A DNA stretch of 64,000 nucleotides from Bacteroidales bacterium (GTDB taxonomy: Bacteria > Bacteroidota > Bacteroidia > Bacteroidales > Muribaculaceae), in the NCBI GenBank assembly GCA_900766975.1, contig CAAFXO010000016.1, forward strand, positions 1,020-65,019, read 5' to 3'. Under the pieces are notes generated by a model. The model was not told the origin of the DNA, did no database searches, and saw only the letters and a program-made list of their open reading frames with translations. The position numbers and the translations under genes were made by a program. This document shows positions 27,384-37,587 of the stretch, in pieces (position 1 is the stretch's first letter; the number at the start of each line of letters is the position of its first letter).

Positions 27384-28466
27384 ATGAAAAAAGCCACTTT
27401 GATACTCGAAGATGGGACTACCTTTGAGGGTAAATCGTTCGGATATTCCGGCAATGTAGCCGGCGAAGTTGTGTTCAACACCGCGATGACGGGATATCCG
27501 GAGAGTTTGACCGACCCCTCCTATGCCGGACAGTTGATGACACTGACCTATCCGATGGTGGGCAATTACGGAGTGCCGAGCAGCGATCTTGGCAGCGACG
27601 GAATAGAGACCTACATGGAGAGCAATCGGATCCATGCATCCGGACTAATCGTAGGGGACTACAGCGAGCATTACAGTCATTGGAACGCCTTAGAGAGTCT
27701 GTCGGAGTGGTTACAGCGCGAGAAGATTCCAGCCATCACGGGAATAGACACGCGCCATCTGACACAGATAATCCGCGAGCATGGCGTGATGATGGGACGC
27801 ATCATGGTGGAGGGTGTCAACGACCTTCCGGTGACACCCGACTATAACTCGATCAACTATGTCGACCTCGTGTCGACACGCGAAGTGAAGCACTACAAGA
27901 GCGGCGAAGGCAAAAAGCGCGTAGTGCTGGTGGATTGCGGCGCGAAGAACAATATCATCCGCTGTCTGCTGAATCGAGGTGTAGACGTAGACTTAGTTCC
28001 CTGGGATTATGACTTCAACCGGCTGGAGTTCGACGGGCTTTTCTTGTCGAATGGTCCGGGCAACCCGGAGGTGTGTGAAAAGACAGTGGAGCATATCCGT
28101 CGCTTCATCAACAATCCGGAAGAGTGTCGTCCGCTGATGGGGATCTGCATGGGCAATCAGCTTCTTGCCAAGGCAGCGGGTGCCGGCATCTACAAGCTCA
28201 AATATGGGCATCGGTCGCACAATCAGCCGGTGCGCATCGAGGGTAGCAACCGCTGTCTGATCACGAGTCAGAATCATGGATTTGCCGTCGACCCGAGCAC
28301 CCTGCAAGAGGGATGGGAGCCCTACTTCACCAATATGAACGACGGTTCGAACGAAGGCATCCGCCATCAGAGCAAGCCCTGGTTCTCATCGCAATTCCAC
28401 CCCGAAGCATGTGGAGGTCCGGTGGATGCGGAATTTCTCTTCGATGACTTCGTAAGCAAACTCTAA
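27384..28466 (+). CDS. carA: carbamoyl-phosphate synthase small (glutaminase) subunit
   Basis: 360 aa. MKKATLILEDGTTFEGKSFGY...FNTAMTGYPESLTDPSY and the GATase triad region ICMGNQ. Confidence 0.96.
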   Translation: MKKATLILEDGTTFEGKSFGYSGNVAGEVVFNTAMTGYPESLTDPSYAGQLMTLTYPMVGNYGVPSSDLGSDGIETYMESNRIHASGLIVGDYSEHYSHWNALESLSEWLQREKIPAITGIDTRHLTQIIREHGVMMGRIMVEGVNDLPVTPDYNSINYVDLVSTREVKHYKSGEGKKRVVLVDCGAKNNIIRCLLNRGVDVDLVPWDYDFNRLEFDGLFLSNGPGNPEVCEKTVEHIRRFINNPEECRPLMGICMGNQLLAKAAGAGIYKLKYGHRSHNQPVRIEGSNRCLITSQNHGFAVDPSTLQEGWEPYFTNMNDGSNEGIRHQSKPWFSSQFHPEACGGPVDAEFLFDDFVSKL

Positions 28467-28538
28467 GGAGGAGAGGAGAGAAAATATACAAATAAAGGAA
28501 ACAAAGGTAAAACCAGCAAAACACAATATAATAAAGCG

Positions 28539-31500
28539 ATGATACAAGAGAGCGACATCAAGAAAGTGCTTGTGCTCGGATCGGGCGCGTTGAAAATCGG
28601 CGAAGCGGGAGAATTCGACTACTCCGGCAGTCAGGCTCTGAAGGCCCTACGAGAAGAGGGTATCGAGACGATCCTGATCAACCCCAACATAGCGACGGTG
28701 CAGACCTCGGAGGGGAGTGCCGATCATATTTACTTCCTGCCGGTGACAGCCACCTTCGTCGAGAAGGTGATAGCACGCGAGCGTCCGCAAGGCATCATGT
28801 TGGCATTCGGCGGACAGACAGCGCTCAACTGTGGAGTAGAGTTATTCCATCAGGGGATTCTCGAGAAATATAACGTAAGAGTATTGGGCACTCCGATACA
28901 ATCGATCATCGACACCGAAGACCGCGAGATCTTCGTAGAGAAACTTGACGAGATCGATGTCAAGACGATCGACTCAGTGGCATGTGACAACAAAGAAGAG
29001 GCACTTCGTGCGGCAGAGAGCTTGGGCTATCCGGTGATCTTGCGCGCCGCCTACGCCTTGGGAGGTCTGGGTTCGGGCTTCTGTGACAATGCCGAGCAGC
29101 TCTCCGTGCTTGCCGACAAAGCCTTCTCCTTCTCGCCGCAAGTGCTTGTAGAGAAGAGTCTTAAGGGATGGAAAGAGGTGGAATATGAAGTAGTGCGAGA
29201 CTCCTTCGACAATTGTATCACCGTCTGCAACATGGAGAACTTCGACCCCCTTGGCATCCACACCGGGGAGAGCATCGTGGTGGCACCCTCACAGACCCTC
29301 ACCAACTCCGAATATCATAAGCTCAGAGAGCTCTCCATCCGCATAGCGCGACATATCGGCATCGTGGGTGAATGTAACGTGCAGTTCGCCCTCTGCCCAG
29401 ACTCCGAAGACTATCGCGTCATCGAAGTGAATGCCCGTCTCTCACGTTCATCGGCATTGGCATCGAAGGCTACAGGCTATCCCTTGGCATTCGTAGCGGC
29501 AAAACTTGGTTTGGGCTACGGACTCTTCGACCTTCGCAACTCTGTGACCAAGACCACCTCGGCATTCTTCGAGCCGGCACTCGACTACTGTGTCTGCAAG
29601 ATACCCCGTTGGGACTTGGGAAAATTCAGAGGAGTAAATCGCGAGCTGGAATCATCGATGAAATCGGTGGGCGAGGTGATGTCGATAGGGCGCACCTTCG
29701 AAGAGGCTATCCAGAAGGGACTCCGTATGATCGGCCAGGGGATGCATGGATTCGTGGGCAACAAAGAACTTGAGATACCCGATATCGACGGGGCACTCCA
29801 TGCTCCGACCGATATGCGTATCTTCGTGATAGAGAAGGCATTTCACAAGGGCTACACGGTCGACCAGATCCATGATCTGACCAAGATCGACCGTTGGTTC
29901 CTCTACAAGCTGAGACGCATCTACGATCTATATGGCGAACTGAAGAAGATTGGCAGTCTCGAGGCGACTCCGTTGGAGCTGCTGAGAGAAGTGAAGCGAG
30001 CCGGCTTCTCCGACTTCCAGACAGCGCGCGCCTTGGGCATGGAGCGCGACATGGAGATAGAGAAGGCGCTTTTGAAAGTAAGGATGCGTCGCAAATCACT
30101 CGGCATCGTGCCCTGTGTCAAGCAGATAGACACGCTCGCCGGCGAGTTCCCGGCAGCCACCAACTATCTTTACCTCACCTACGGCGGCGACAAGAATGAT
30201 ATCAACTACGAGCATGACGGCCGCTCGGTGATGGTGCTCGGTTCGGGAGCATATCGCATCGGCAGTTCTGTGGAGTTCGACTGGTGTGGCGTGCAGGCAC
30301 TCAATACGATTCGCAAAGAGGGTTATCGCTCGGTGATGATCAACTACAATCCGGAGACCGTATCGACCGACTATGATATCTGCGACCGCCTCTACTTCGA
30401 CGAGCTCACCTTCGAGCGCGTGCTCGACATCATAGAGATGGAAACGCCCTACGGCGTCGTGGTGTCGACCGGCGGTCAGATCCCGAACAATCTGGCACTC
30501 AAGCTCGACGAGCAGGGTGTCAAACTCTTGGGCACCAGCGCCCAGAGCATCGACAATGCCGAAGACCGCGAGAAATTCTCCGCCATGTTGGGACGCATCG
30601 GAGTGGACCAGCCGGCATGGAGCGCCTTGACTTCTATGGAAGATATCAACAACTTTGTCGACAAGGTGGGCTTCCCGGTATTGGTTCGACCCTCCTACGT
30701 CTTGTCGGGTGCGGCGATGAATGTATGTTACGACCGCACACAATTAGAGAAATTCCTGGCCCTTGCCGCCAACGTGTCGAAGCGACATCCGGTGGTGGTG
30801 AGTCAATTCTTGGAGCATGCCAAAGAGGTGGAGATGGATGCCGTGGCATGCAATGGCGAGATCATCGCCTACGCCATCTCGGAGCATGTGGAATTTGCCG
30901 GCGTACACTCGGGCGATGCCACCATCCAATTCCCGCCGCAGAAGCTCTATGTGGAGACGGCACGACGCATCAAGAAAATCTCGAAAAAGATCGCCAAACA
31001 GCTTAACATCAGCGGGCCCTTCAACATACAGTTCCTGGCACGCGACAACGATATCAAAGTGATCGAATGTAACCTCCGCGCTTCGCGCAGCTTCCCCTTC
31101 GTGAGCAAGGTGTTGAAGATCAACTTTATAGAGCTTGCCACACGCATCATGTTGGGACTTCCGGTGAGCAAGCCCGACAAGAGCGTGTTCGACTTGGACT
31201 ATGTCGGCGTCAAGGCGAGTCAATTCTCCTTCAATCGCTTGCAGAAGGCAGACCCGAAATTAGGTGTCGACATGGTGTCGACCGGCGAAGTGGGATGTAT
31301 CGGTGAAGATGCTCGCTCGGCACTTCTCACGGCGATGCTCTCGGTGGGTCAGCGCATACCGAGCAAGAATGTGCTTCTCTCCACCGGCAACGGCAAGCAG
31401 AAGGGCGATATGCTCGGCGCCGCCAAGTTGCTGCAACAGAAGGGTTACTCCATCTTTGCTACCGAGGGAACCAGTCGTCATCTCACCGAGAATGGCATCG

Positions 31501-31763
31501 AGAACACTCGCGTATACTGGCCGGACGAAGAGGGAACTCCCAAGGCTGTGGATATGATCAATAACCATGAGATTGACTTGGTGATCAACGTGCCGCGCAA
31601 TCACTCCGACAAGGAGGTGACCAACGGCTATCGTATCCGACGCACCGCCATCGACCGCAACATACCGCTGATCACCAATGCTCGACTTGCCTCGGCATTC
31701 ATCAAATCATTCTGCTCGATGAGCCAGGATGATATCGAGGTGAAGAGCTGGCAAGAGTTCTAA
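28539..31763 (+). CDS. carB: carbamoyl-phosphate synthase large subunit
   Basis: 1074 aa. Duplicated ATP-grasp halves, VLVLGSGALKIGEAGEFDYSGSQA, and an MGS-like C-terminal domain. Confidence 0.97.
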   Translation: MIQESDIKKVLVLGSGALKIGEAGEFDYSGSQALKALREEGIETILINPNIATVQTSEGSADHIYFLPVTATFVEKVIARERPQGIMLAFGGQTALNCGVELFHQGILEKYNVRVLGTPIQSIIDTEDREIFVEKLDEIDVKTIDSVACDNKEEALRAAESLGYPVILRAAYALGGLGSGFCDNAEQLSVLADKAFSFSPQVLVEKSLKGWKEVEYEVVRDSFDNCITVCNMENFDPLGIHTGESIVVAPSQTLTNSEYHKLRELSIRIARHIGIVGECNVQFALCPDSEDYRVIEVNARLSRSSALASKATGYPLAFVAAKLGLGYGLFDLRNSVTKTTSAFFEPALDYCVCKIPRWDLGKFRGVNRELESSMKSVGEVMSIGRTFEEAIQKGLRMIGQGMHGFVGNKELEIPDIDGALHAPTDMRIFVIEKAFHKGYTVDQIHDLTKIDRWFLYKLRRIYDLYGELKKIGSLEATPLELLREVKRAGFSDFQTARALGMERDMEIEKALLKVRMRRKSLGIVPCVKQIDTLAGEFPAATNYLYLTYGGDKNDINYEHDGRSVMVLGSGAYRIGSSVEFDWCGVQALNTIRKEGYRSVMINYNPETVSTDYDICDRLYFDELTFERVLDIIEMETPYGVVVSTGGQIPNNLALKLDEQGVKLLGTSAQSIDNAEDREKFSAMLGRIGVDQPAWSALTSMEDINNFVDKVGFPVLVRPSYVLSGAAMNVCYDRTQLEKFLALAANVSKRHPVVVSQFLEHAKEVEMDAVACNGEIIAYAISEHVEFAGVHSGDATIQFPPQKLYVETARRIKKISKKIAKQLNISGPFNIQFLARDNDIKVIECNLRASRSFPFVSKVLKINFIELATRIMLGLPVSKPDKSVFDLDYVGVKASQFSFNRLQKADPKLGVDMVSTGEVGCIGEDARSALLTAMLSVGQRIPSKNVLLSTGNGKQKGDMLGAAKLLQQKGYSIFATEGTSRHLTENGIENTRVYWPDEEGTPKAVDMINNHEIDLVINVPRNHSDKEVTNGYRIRRTAIDRNIPLITNARLASAFIKSFCSMSQDDIEVKSWQEF

Positions 31764-31787
31764 GAAACGCAAAAACATCTGACACAG

Positions 31788-33059
31788 ATGCAAAAAGATA
31801 TATTGATAAAAAATGGTATGATCCGCCGAGATGGGGAGAGGCAGCGCTGTGACATCCTGATCACGGATGGATGTATCAAGAGCGTCGGCGAAGATCTCGT
31901 CTGCGACTCGGCATGCGAAGTAATCGATGCCGAGGGGAGTATGATACTGCCGGGGCTGGTGGATGTGCATGTGCATCTACGCGAGCCGGGCTATTCCTAC
32001 AAAGAGACGATCCACGACGGCACACGCGCAGCAGCACATGGGGGCTTCACTACGGTCTGTCCGATGCCCAATCTGAATCCGGCGCCCGACACGGCTGATC
32101 ATCTTCAAGAGCAGCTTGACATCATCTCACGCGATGCCTGCATCGAAGTGCTTCCCTACGCCACGATCACCCTCAAGAGGATGGGAGATGAGCTCGTGGA
32201 CTATTCCGGACTGAGTCCGAAAGTAGTAGGTTTTTCCGACGATGGGAGCGGCGTACAGTCGGAGGATGTGATGGAGCGGGCAATGCGCGGCATCAGCGCC
32301 ACCGGCAAGGTGCTGGCGGCACACTGTGAAGTCAACTCACTTCTGCGCGGGGGCTATATCCACGATGGGGAATATGCCCACGCCCATGGGCATGCCGGGA
32401 TCTGCTCGGAGAGCGAATGGGGAGAGGTGGCACGCGACATCCGCCTGGCAGAGGCCACAGGATGCAGACTTCATATCTGCCACGTATCGACCCGAGAGAG
32501 TGTCGAATTGGTGAGACAAGCGAAGGCACGCGGAGTGGCTGTGACCTGCGAGACGGGAGCCCACTACTTGGCATTCTGCGACAAAGACCTGCAAGAGGAG
32601 GGACGTTTCAAGATGAACCCGCCGTTGCGTTCGGCATCCGATCGAGAGGCACTCCTGGAGGGTATCAAAGATGGCACCATCGACTGCATAGCCTCCGACC
32701 ATGCACCCCACTCGGCTGAAGAGAAGAGCCGCGGATTGCGTCAGAGTGCGATGGGAGTAACCGGCATCGAACTGTCATTAGCCGCCACCTATACCTACGC
32801 CGTGAAGAGTGGCATCATCACCCTCGACCGTATGATCGAACTGATGGCAGAGAGGCCTCGCCGTATCTTCGGCATAGCCGGAGGTATCCTCCCCGGCGAC
32901 CGCGCCGACTTGACCATCGTCGACTTCGACCGCAGTTATATCGTGGATCCGGAGAAATTCCTCTCCAAGGGAAAATCCACACCATTTGAAGGACAACGTC
33001 TCTATGGAGTGGTGAAAGCCACCATCTCCTCGGGCAAGATAGCATATATCGAACAATGA
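31788..33059 (+). CDS. pyrC: dihydroorotase
   Basis: 423 aa. DVHVHLREPG metal site and ASDHAPH. Confidence 0.93.
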   Translation: MQKDILIKNGMIRRDGERQRCDILITDGCIKSVGEDLVCDSACEVIDAEGSMILPGLVDVHVHLREPGYSYKETIHDGTRAAAHGGFTTVCPMPNLNPAPDTADHLQEQLDIISRDACIEVLPYATITLKRMGDELVDYSGLSPKVVGFSDDGSGVQSEDVMERAMRGISATGKVLAAHCEVNSLLRGGYIHDGEYAHAHGHAGICSESEWGEVARDIRLAEATGCRLHICHVSTRESVELVRQAKARGVAVTCETGAHYLAFCDKDLQEEGRFKMNPPLRSASDREALLEGIKDGTIDCIASDHAPHSAEEKSRGLRQSAMGVTGIELSLAATYTYAVKSGIITLDRMIELMAERPRRIFGIAGGILPGDRADLTIVDFDRSYIVDPEKFLSKGKSTPFEGQRLYGVVKATISSGKIAYIEQ

Positions 33060-33805
33060 TAACACGTCAAGACACCAAATATCAAATCATCGACAACACG
33101 CCGATCGGCACGAACACGATGATGATGACCCTGGCAGGGCCGACCACAACCTTCACGGCGCCGGGACAATTTGTCAACATCGCCATACCGGGGTTCACCC
33201 TGCGACGCCCCATCTCGGTCTGCTCGATCGAAGAGAACCAGCTCACCATAGTATATGACAAGGTGGGAGCCGGCACGGAAGCCCTCGCTGCGCTACGCCC
33301 CAAGACCGAAGTGGATCTTCTGCCGGCATTGGGCAATGGCTTCGACTTGAGCAAATGTGGCGAACGCCCTGTGCTGCTCGCCGGCGGAGTGGGTTGCCCT
33401 CCAATCTATAATCTTGCCAAGCAACTGATCCGGAAGGGAATGCTGCCGACGGTGGTGCTCGGATTCAACTCCTCCGACCGTATGATCATGATCGAGGCAT
33501 TCGAGAAACTCTATATACCCTTCCATGTAGCGACAATCGACGGCTCCTACGGCAGAAAGGGATATGTGACCGACGTGCTGAAACATGAGGCGATCGACCC
33601 TGACTACTTCTATGCCTGCGGCCCACTGCCGATGCTTAAATCCCTCTGTCAGAATCTTGACATCCCGGGGGAGGTGAGCCTCGAATCGAGGATGGCATGC
33701 GGCTTCGGAGTCTGCATGTGTTGTTCGCTTGAGACTAAGAAGGGACCACGACGTATATGCAAAGATGGGCCGGTATTTGATAAAGAAGATCTGATATGGA
33801 AATAA
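33056..33805 (+). CDS. pyrK: dihydroorotate dehydrogenase (class 1B) electron-transfer subunit
   Basis: 249 aa. RPISV FAD motif and the C-terminal 2Fe-2S cluster CGFGVCMCCS...ICKDGPVF. 4-bp overlap with pyrC. Confidence 0.9.
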   Translation: MITRQDTKYQIIDNTPIGTNTMMMTLAGPTTTFTAPGQFVNIAIPGFTLRRPISVCSIEENQLTIVYDKVGAGTEALAALRPKTEVDLLPALGNGFDLSKCGERPVLLAGGVGCPPIYNLAKQLIRKGMLPTVVLGFNSSDRMIMIEAFEKLYIPFHVATIDGSYGRKGYVTDVLKHEAIDPDYFYACGPLPMLKSLCQNLDIPGEVSLESRMACGFGVCMCCSLETKKGPRRICKDGPVFDKEDLIWK

Positions 33806-34713
33806 AAGAGCAAGATAGACTATCGGTCGAACTGTGTGGAGTGAAGCTCCGCAATCCGGTGATTCCGGCGAGTGGATGTTTCGGTTATGGCTATGGCATG
33901 ACCGAATATTACGACATCAACGTATTGGGGTCGATCTCCTTCAAGGGGACGACACTTGAGCCCCGCTATGGCAATCCGTTGCCCCGAGTGGCGGAATGTA
34001 CTGCCGGTATGATCAACTCAGTGGGACTGCAGAACCCCGGCATCGACAAGGTGATCAGCGACGAGCTGCCGAAGATGCGAGAGGCATACCAAGGACCTAT
34101 CATCGCCAATATCAGCGGCTTCTCGATCGACGACTACTGCGAATGTTGCCGACGCATCAGCGGCGAGAAGCAGGTGGAGATCATCGAGCTGAATGTGAGT
34201 TGCCCTAACGTGCATGGCGGAGGTATGAGCTTCGGCACCTCAGCCCAATCGATATCAGAGGTGGTGAAGAGTGTGAAGCGAACCACCACCCTGCCGGTGA
34301 TAGTAAAGCTGACACCCAATGTCACCGACATCGTGGAGATGGCACGCGCAGCGGAAGATGCCGGCGCCGATGGCTTGTGTCTGATCAATACCCTATTGGG
34401 TATGCGCATCGACTTGAAGACACGCCGACCGGTGGTGGCAAACCGGATGGGAGGTTTCTCGGGAGATGCCATCTTCCCGGTGGCACTGCGGATGGTGTAT
34501 CAAGTGGCGGGGGCATGCCGGATCCCGGTGGTGGGATGTGGCGGCGTGTCGAGCGCTGAGAATGTCTTGGAGATGATGATGGCGGGAGCCACCGCCGTGG
34601 AGGTGGGCACAGCCAACCTGATCAATCCCTGGGCATGCCCCGAGATCATCGCTGACCTGCCCCGCGTGATGGATAAATATGGCATCGCTACCCTATCCGA
34701 ATTAAAGCGATAG
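33796..34713 (+). CDS. pyrD: dihydroorotate dehydrogenase class 1B catalytic subunit
   Basis: 305 aa. NSVGLQNPG, ELNVSCPN, GGVSSAENVLEMMMAGA. Confidence 0.94.
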   Translation: MEIKEQDRLSVELCGVKLRNPVIPASGCFGYGYGMTEYYDINVLGSISFKGTTLEPRYGNPLPRVAECTAGMINSVGLQNPGIDKVISDELPKMREAYQGPIIANISGFSIDDYCECCRRISGEKQVEIIELNVSCPNVHGGGMSFGTSAQSISEVVKSVKRTTTLPVIVKLTPNVTDIVEMARAAEDAGADGLCLINTLLGMRIDLKTRRPVVANRMGGFSGDAIFPVALRMVYQVAGACRIPVVGCGGVSSAENVLEMMMAGATAVEVGTANLINPWACPEIIADLPRVMDKYGIATLSELKR

Positions 34714-34820
34714 GAGGAGAGGAGACAGGGAAATGTGCTGATAGACCGACAAGAGAGAAAAAACTTTGTGTCGAGATAATAAAAGAGAAATAAAAACGTG
34801 AAATAAATAAAACAATATAT

Positions 34821-35528
34821 ATGGAAAGAGATGTGATCATAGCGTGTGACTTTGCGACACCCGAAGCGACATACGCATTTTTGGACAAATTCCGGGAAGA
34901 GAAGCCCTTCATCAAGATTGGTATGGAATTATATTATGCCGGCGGGCCGGAGATCGTGAGAGAACTTCGTCGTCGCGGTCATAAGATTTTCTTGGATCTG
35001 AAGCTCCACGACATCCCCAACACGGTTCGCAAAGCGATGCGCGTCTTGTCTCGTCTTGATGTGGATATGGTGAATGTCCATGCTGCCGGGACAATCGAGA
35101 TGATGCGAGCCGCCGAAGAGGGACTCCGCGAAGGGAGAGAAGATGGCAGTCGCCCTCTGATCATCGCCGTGACACAGCTCACCAGCACCTCGGAGCAGGC
35201 ACTCCATGAGCAGTTGTTGATACCCTCGTCGATCAATGACACGATTGCCCAATATGCTCGCAATGCGAAGGCTGCGGGACTCGACGGAGTAGTATGTTCG
35301 CCATTGGAATCGGCACTTGTGAAGGAGGCATGTGGCGAAGGGTTCATGACAGTGACCCCGGGCATCCGCTATCCCGATGCCGCCAAAGATGACCAGAGCC
35401 GCATCACCTCGCCGGCGCGAGCTCGCGAGATCGGTTCGGACTTCATCGTGGTGGGACGTCCGATCACAGCCGCCGACGACCCGGTGGCAGCCTATCGCAG
35501 ATGTTGCGCTGACTTCCTTGGGAAATAA
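34821..35528 (+). CDS. pyrF: orotidine-5'-phosphate decarboxylase
   Basis: 235 aa. [14 protein letters not shown] and VVGRPIT. Confidence 0.94.
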   Translation: MERDVIIACDFATPEATYAFLDKFREEKPFIKIGMELYYAGGPEIVRELRRRGHKIFLDLKLHDIPNTVRKAMRVLSRLDVDMVNVHAAGTIEMMRAAEEGLREGREDGSRPLIIAVTQLTSTSEQALHEQLLIPSSINDTIAQYARNAKAAGLDGVVCSPLESALVKEACGEGFMTVTPGIRYPDAAKDDQSRITSPARAREIGSDFIVVGRPITAADDPVAAYRRCCADFLGK

Positions 35529-35565
35529 TATATACGAAACAACATAACCGGAAAAACTTAATTTT

Positions 35566-36198
35566 ATGGAAAGAGAAATAGCAAAAGCCCTGTTGTCGAT
35601 ACGCGCTGTGTTCCTACGTCCTGATGAGCCCTTCACCTGGGCGAGTGGCATCAAGAGTCCTATCTATTGCGACAATCGACTTATCCTGACTGCACCGAAG
35701 GTGCGCGAACTAGTAGAGACCACAATCGCGCAGAAGGTAAAATCGCTCTATCCGGAGGCAGAAGTGCTGATGGGCACGAGCACCGCGGGCATCGCACATG
35801 CCGCCATCGCCGCCCACATGCTTGGCATGCCGATGGGCTATGTGAGAGGTAGCGCCAAAGATCATGGTCGCAACAATCGCATCGAAGGGCGTTTGGAGCC
35901 GGGACAGAAAGTAGTGGTGATCGAAGACTTGATCTCGACCGCAGGGAGCTGCATCGACGTGGTGGAGGCACTCCGCGAGGCGGGAGCCGATGTGCTGGGC
36001 GTAGTCTCCATCTTCACCTACGGCATGCAGAAGGGTCTCGACCGCCTCAAAGCGGCTAATGTGGAGAACCACTCCCTGTCGAACTTCAACACCCTGGTGG
36101 AAGTGGCTGTCAAAGAGAACTATATCGCTGCCGAAGATGCCGACCGTCTCCGTCGCTTTATGGCGAATCCCTCCGACGAATCCTGGATGAATAAATAA
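35566..36198 (+). CDS. pyrE: orotate phosphoribosyltransferase
   Basis: 210 aa. PRPP loop VVVIEDLISTAGS. Confidence 0.94.
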   Translation: MEREIAKALLSIRAVFLRPDEPFTWASGIKSPIYCDNRLILTAPKVRELVETTIAQKVKSLYPEAEVLMGTSTAGIAHAAIAAHMLGMPMGYVRGSAKDHGRNNRIEGRLEPGQKVVVIEDLISTAGSCIDVVEALREAGADVLGVVSIFTYGMQKGLDRLKAANVENHSLSNFNTLVEVAVKENYIAAEDADRLRRFMANPSDESWMNK

Positions 36199-36253
36199 GG
36201 AGAGAGAAGAGAGACATCAATAATCATCAAACAACTCATAAAACCCAATCGAT

Positions 36254-37345
36254 ATGCATCATCTAATCGAACCGACCGATCTTCGGCCTGAAGAACTTAA
36301 AGAGATCATCGATCTTGCCTTAGACATCATCGATAATCGGGAGAAATATTCGGAAGTGTGCAAGGGGAAGAAACTTGCGACCCTCTTCTACGAGCCATCG
36401 ACACGCACCCGACTGAGTTTCACATCGGCGATGATGGAACTTGGAGGCAACGTGATAGGCTTTTCCGACGCGATGAGTTCGTCGGTGAGTAAGGGAGAGA
36501 CCGTGGCAGACACGACCCGAGTGATCAACTGCTTTGCCGACATCATAGCGATGCGCCACTCGTCGGAGGGGGCACCCTTGGTATCGGCGATGCACTCACG
36601 CACGCCGGTGATCAATGCAGGCGATGGCTCGCATGCCCACCCGACACAGACACTGACCGACCTGCTTACCATCAAGCGAGAGATCGGAAGGATGGATCAT
36701 ATCACCATAGGCTTCTGCGGCGACCTGAAATTCGGGCGTACTGTCCACTCTCTGATCAAGGCCTTGTCGAAATTCGAGGGAATCAAGGTGGTGCTGATAG
36801 CGCCGGAAGAATTGCGTCTCCCCGGCTATATGAAGCATGAGGTATGCGACAAATTGGGTGTGCCCTATCGCGAGGTCGAATCGCTCGAAGAGGTGATCGG
36901 CGAACTTGACGTGCTCTATATGACGAGAGTGCAGAAAGAGAGATTCCTCGACGACGAAGAATATGAGCGAGTGAAAGACTGCTTCGTGCTGACCGCCGAG
37001 AAGCTGAAAGATGCCAAAGAGAGTATGCGCATCCTGCATCCGCTGCCGAGAGTCAACGAGATTTCGGTCGATGTAGACAGCGACCCACGAGCCGCCTACT
37101 TCCGACAGGTGGAGAATGGCAAATTCGTGAGGATGGCATTGATGTTGAAGCTCTTGGAGTGGAAAGATCAGCCGGAGCATCACCGAGAGCTGCTCGGCGC
37201 AGATGTGATAGAGAGCGAGCATAAATGCTCGAATCCACGCTGCATCAGCAATCTGGAGCCGGCAGCGGTGAAGAGACTCTTCCGCCCCTCAGCCGATGGC
37301 AATGGTATAAGATGTGTATATTGCGAATCTCGCCCTGAGAAATAG
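36254..37345 (+). CDS. pyrB: aspartate carbamoyltransferase catalytic chain with a C-terminal PyrI-type zinc domain fused
   Basis: 363 aa. The core (aa 1-303) has STRTR, HPTQ, HPLPR. The 60-aa tail is KDQPEHHRELLGADVIESEHKCSNPRCISNLEPAAVKRLFRPSADGNGIRCVYCESRPEK, with a C-x4-C...C-x2-C pattern like the PyrI Zn domain. Confidence 0.9.
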   Translation: MHHLIEPTDLRPEELKEIIDLALDIIDNREKYSEVCKGKKLATLFYEPSTRTRLSFTSAMMELGGNVIGFSDAMSSSVSKGETVADTTRVINCFADIIAMRHSSEGAPLVSAMHSRTPVINAGDGSHAHPTQTLTDLLTIKREIGRMDHITIGFCGDLKFGRTVHSLIKALSKFEGIKVVLIAPEELRLPGYMKHEVCDKLGVPYREVESLEEVIGELDVLYMTRVQKERFLDDEEYERVKDCFVLTAEKLKDAKESMRILHPLPRVNEISVDVDSDPRAAYFRQVENGKFVRMALMLKLLEWKDQPEHHRELLGADVIESEHKCSNPRCISNLEPAAVKRLFRPSADGNGIRCVYCESRPEK

Positions 37346-37428
37346 CGAAAAAGTGCAGTAAAACGGCATAAAACAAGTTACAAGATAAAAAGAATGCATC
37401 GGGAATTGGAAATAATGAAAAAAATATG

Positions 37429-37436
37429 TAATTTTG
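37429..37436 (+). promoter_or_regulatory. -7 box TAATTTTG heading the pur/gua operon
   Basis: Exact TAnnTTTG, 152 nt before the purE ATG. No other box occurs in the intergenic gaps down to guaA. Confidence 0.5.
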
Positions 37437-37502
37437 CGCATGGTAATCGGTGTAATGACATATCATCAAAATTCCGACAGCATAAATAACGACCATATAC
37501 AT

Positions 37503-37553
37503 GGGCGCCCACCTCATCGGGGGTATGGGCGCCTGTGATTTTATATATCACAG
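37503..37553 (+). promoter_or_regulatory. leader hairpins upstream of purE (possible attenuator)
   Basis: GGGCGCCC (37503-37510) pairs with GGGCGCCT (37527-37534) and is followed by GTGATTTT. An adjacent 7-bp hairpin CTGTGAT / ATCACAG spans 37533-37553. Confidence 0.35.
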
Positions 37554-37587
37554 AGAACAAGGACAACGAAACAAAAGAACCGCAATA

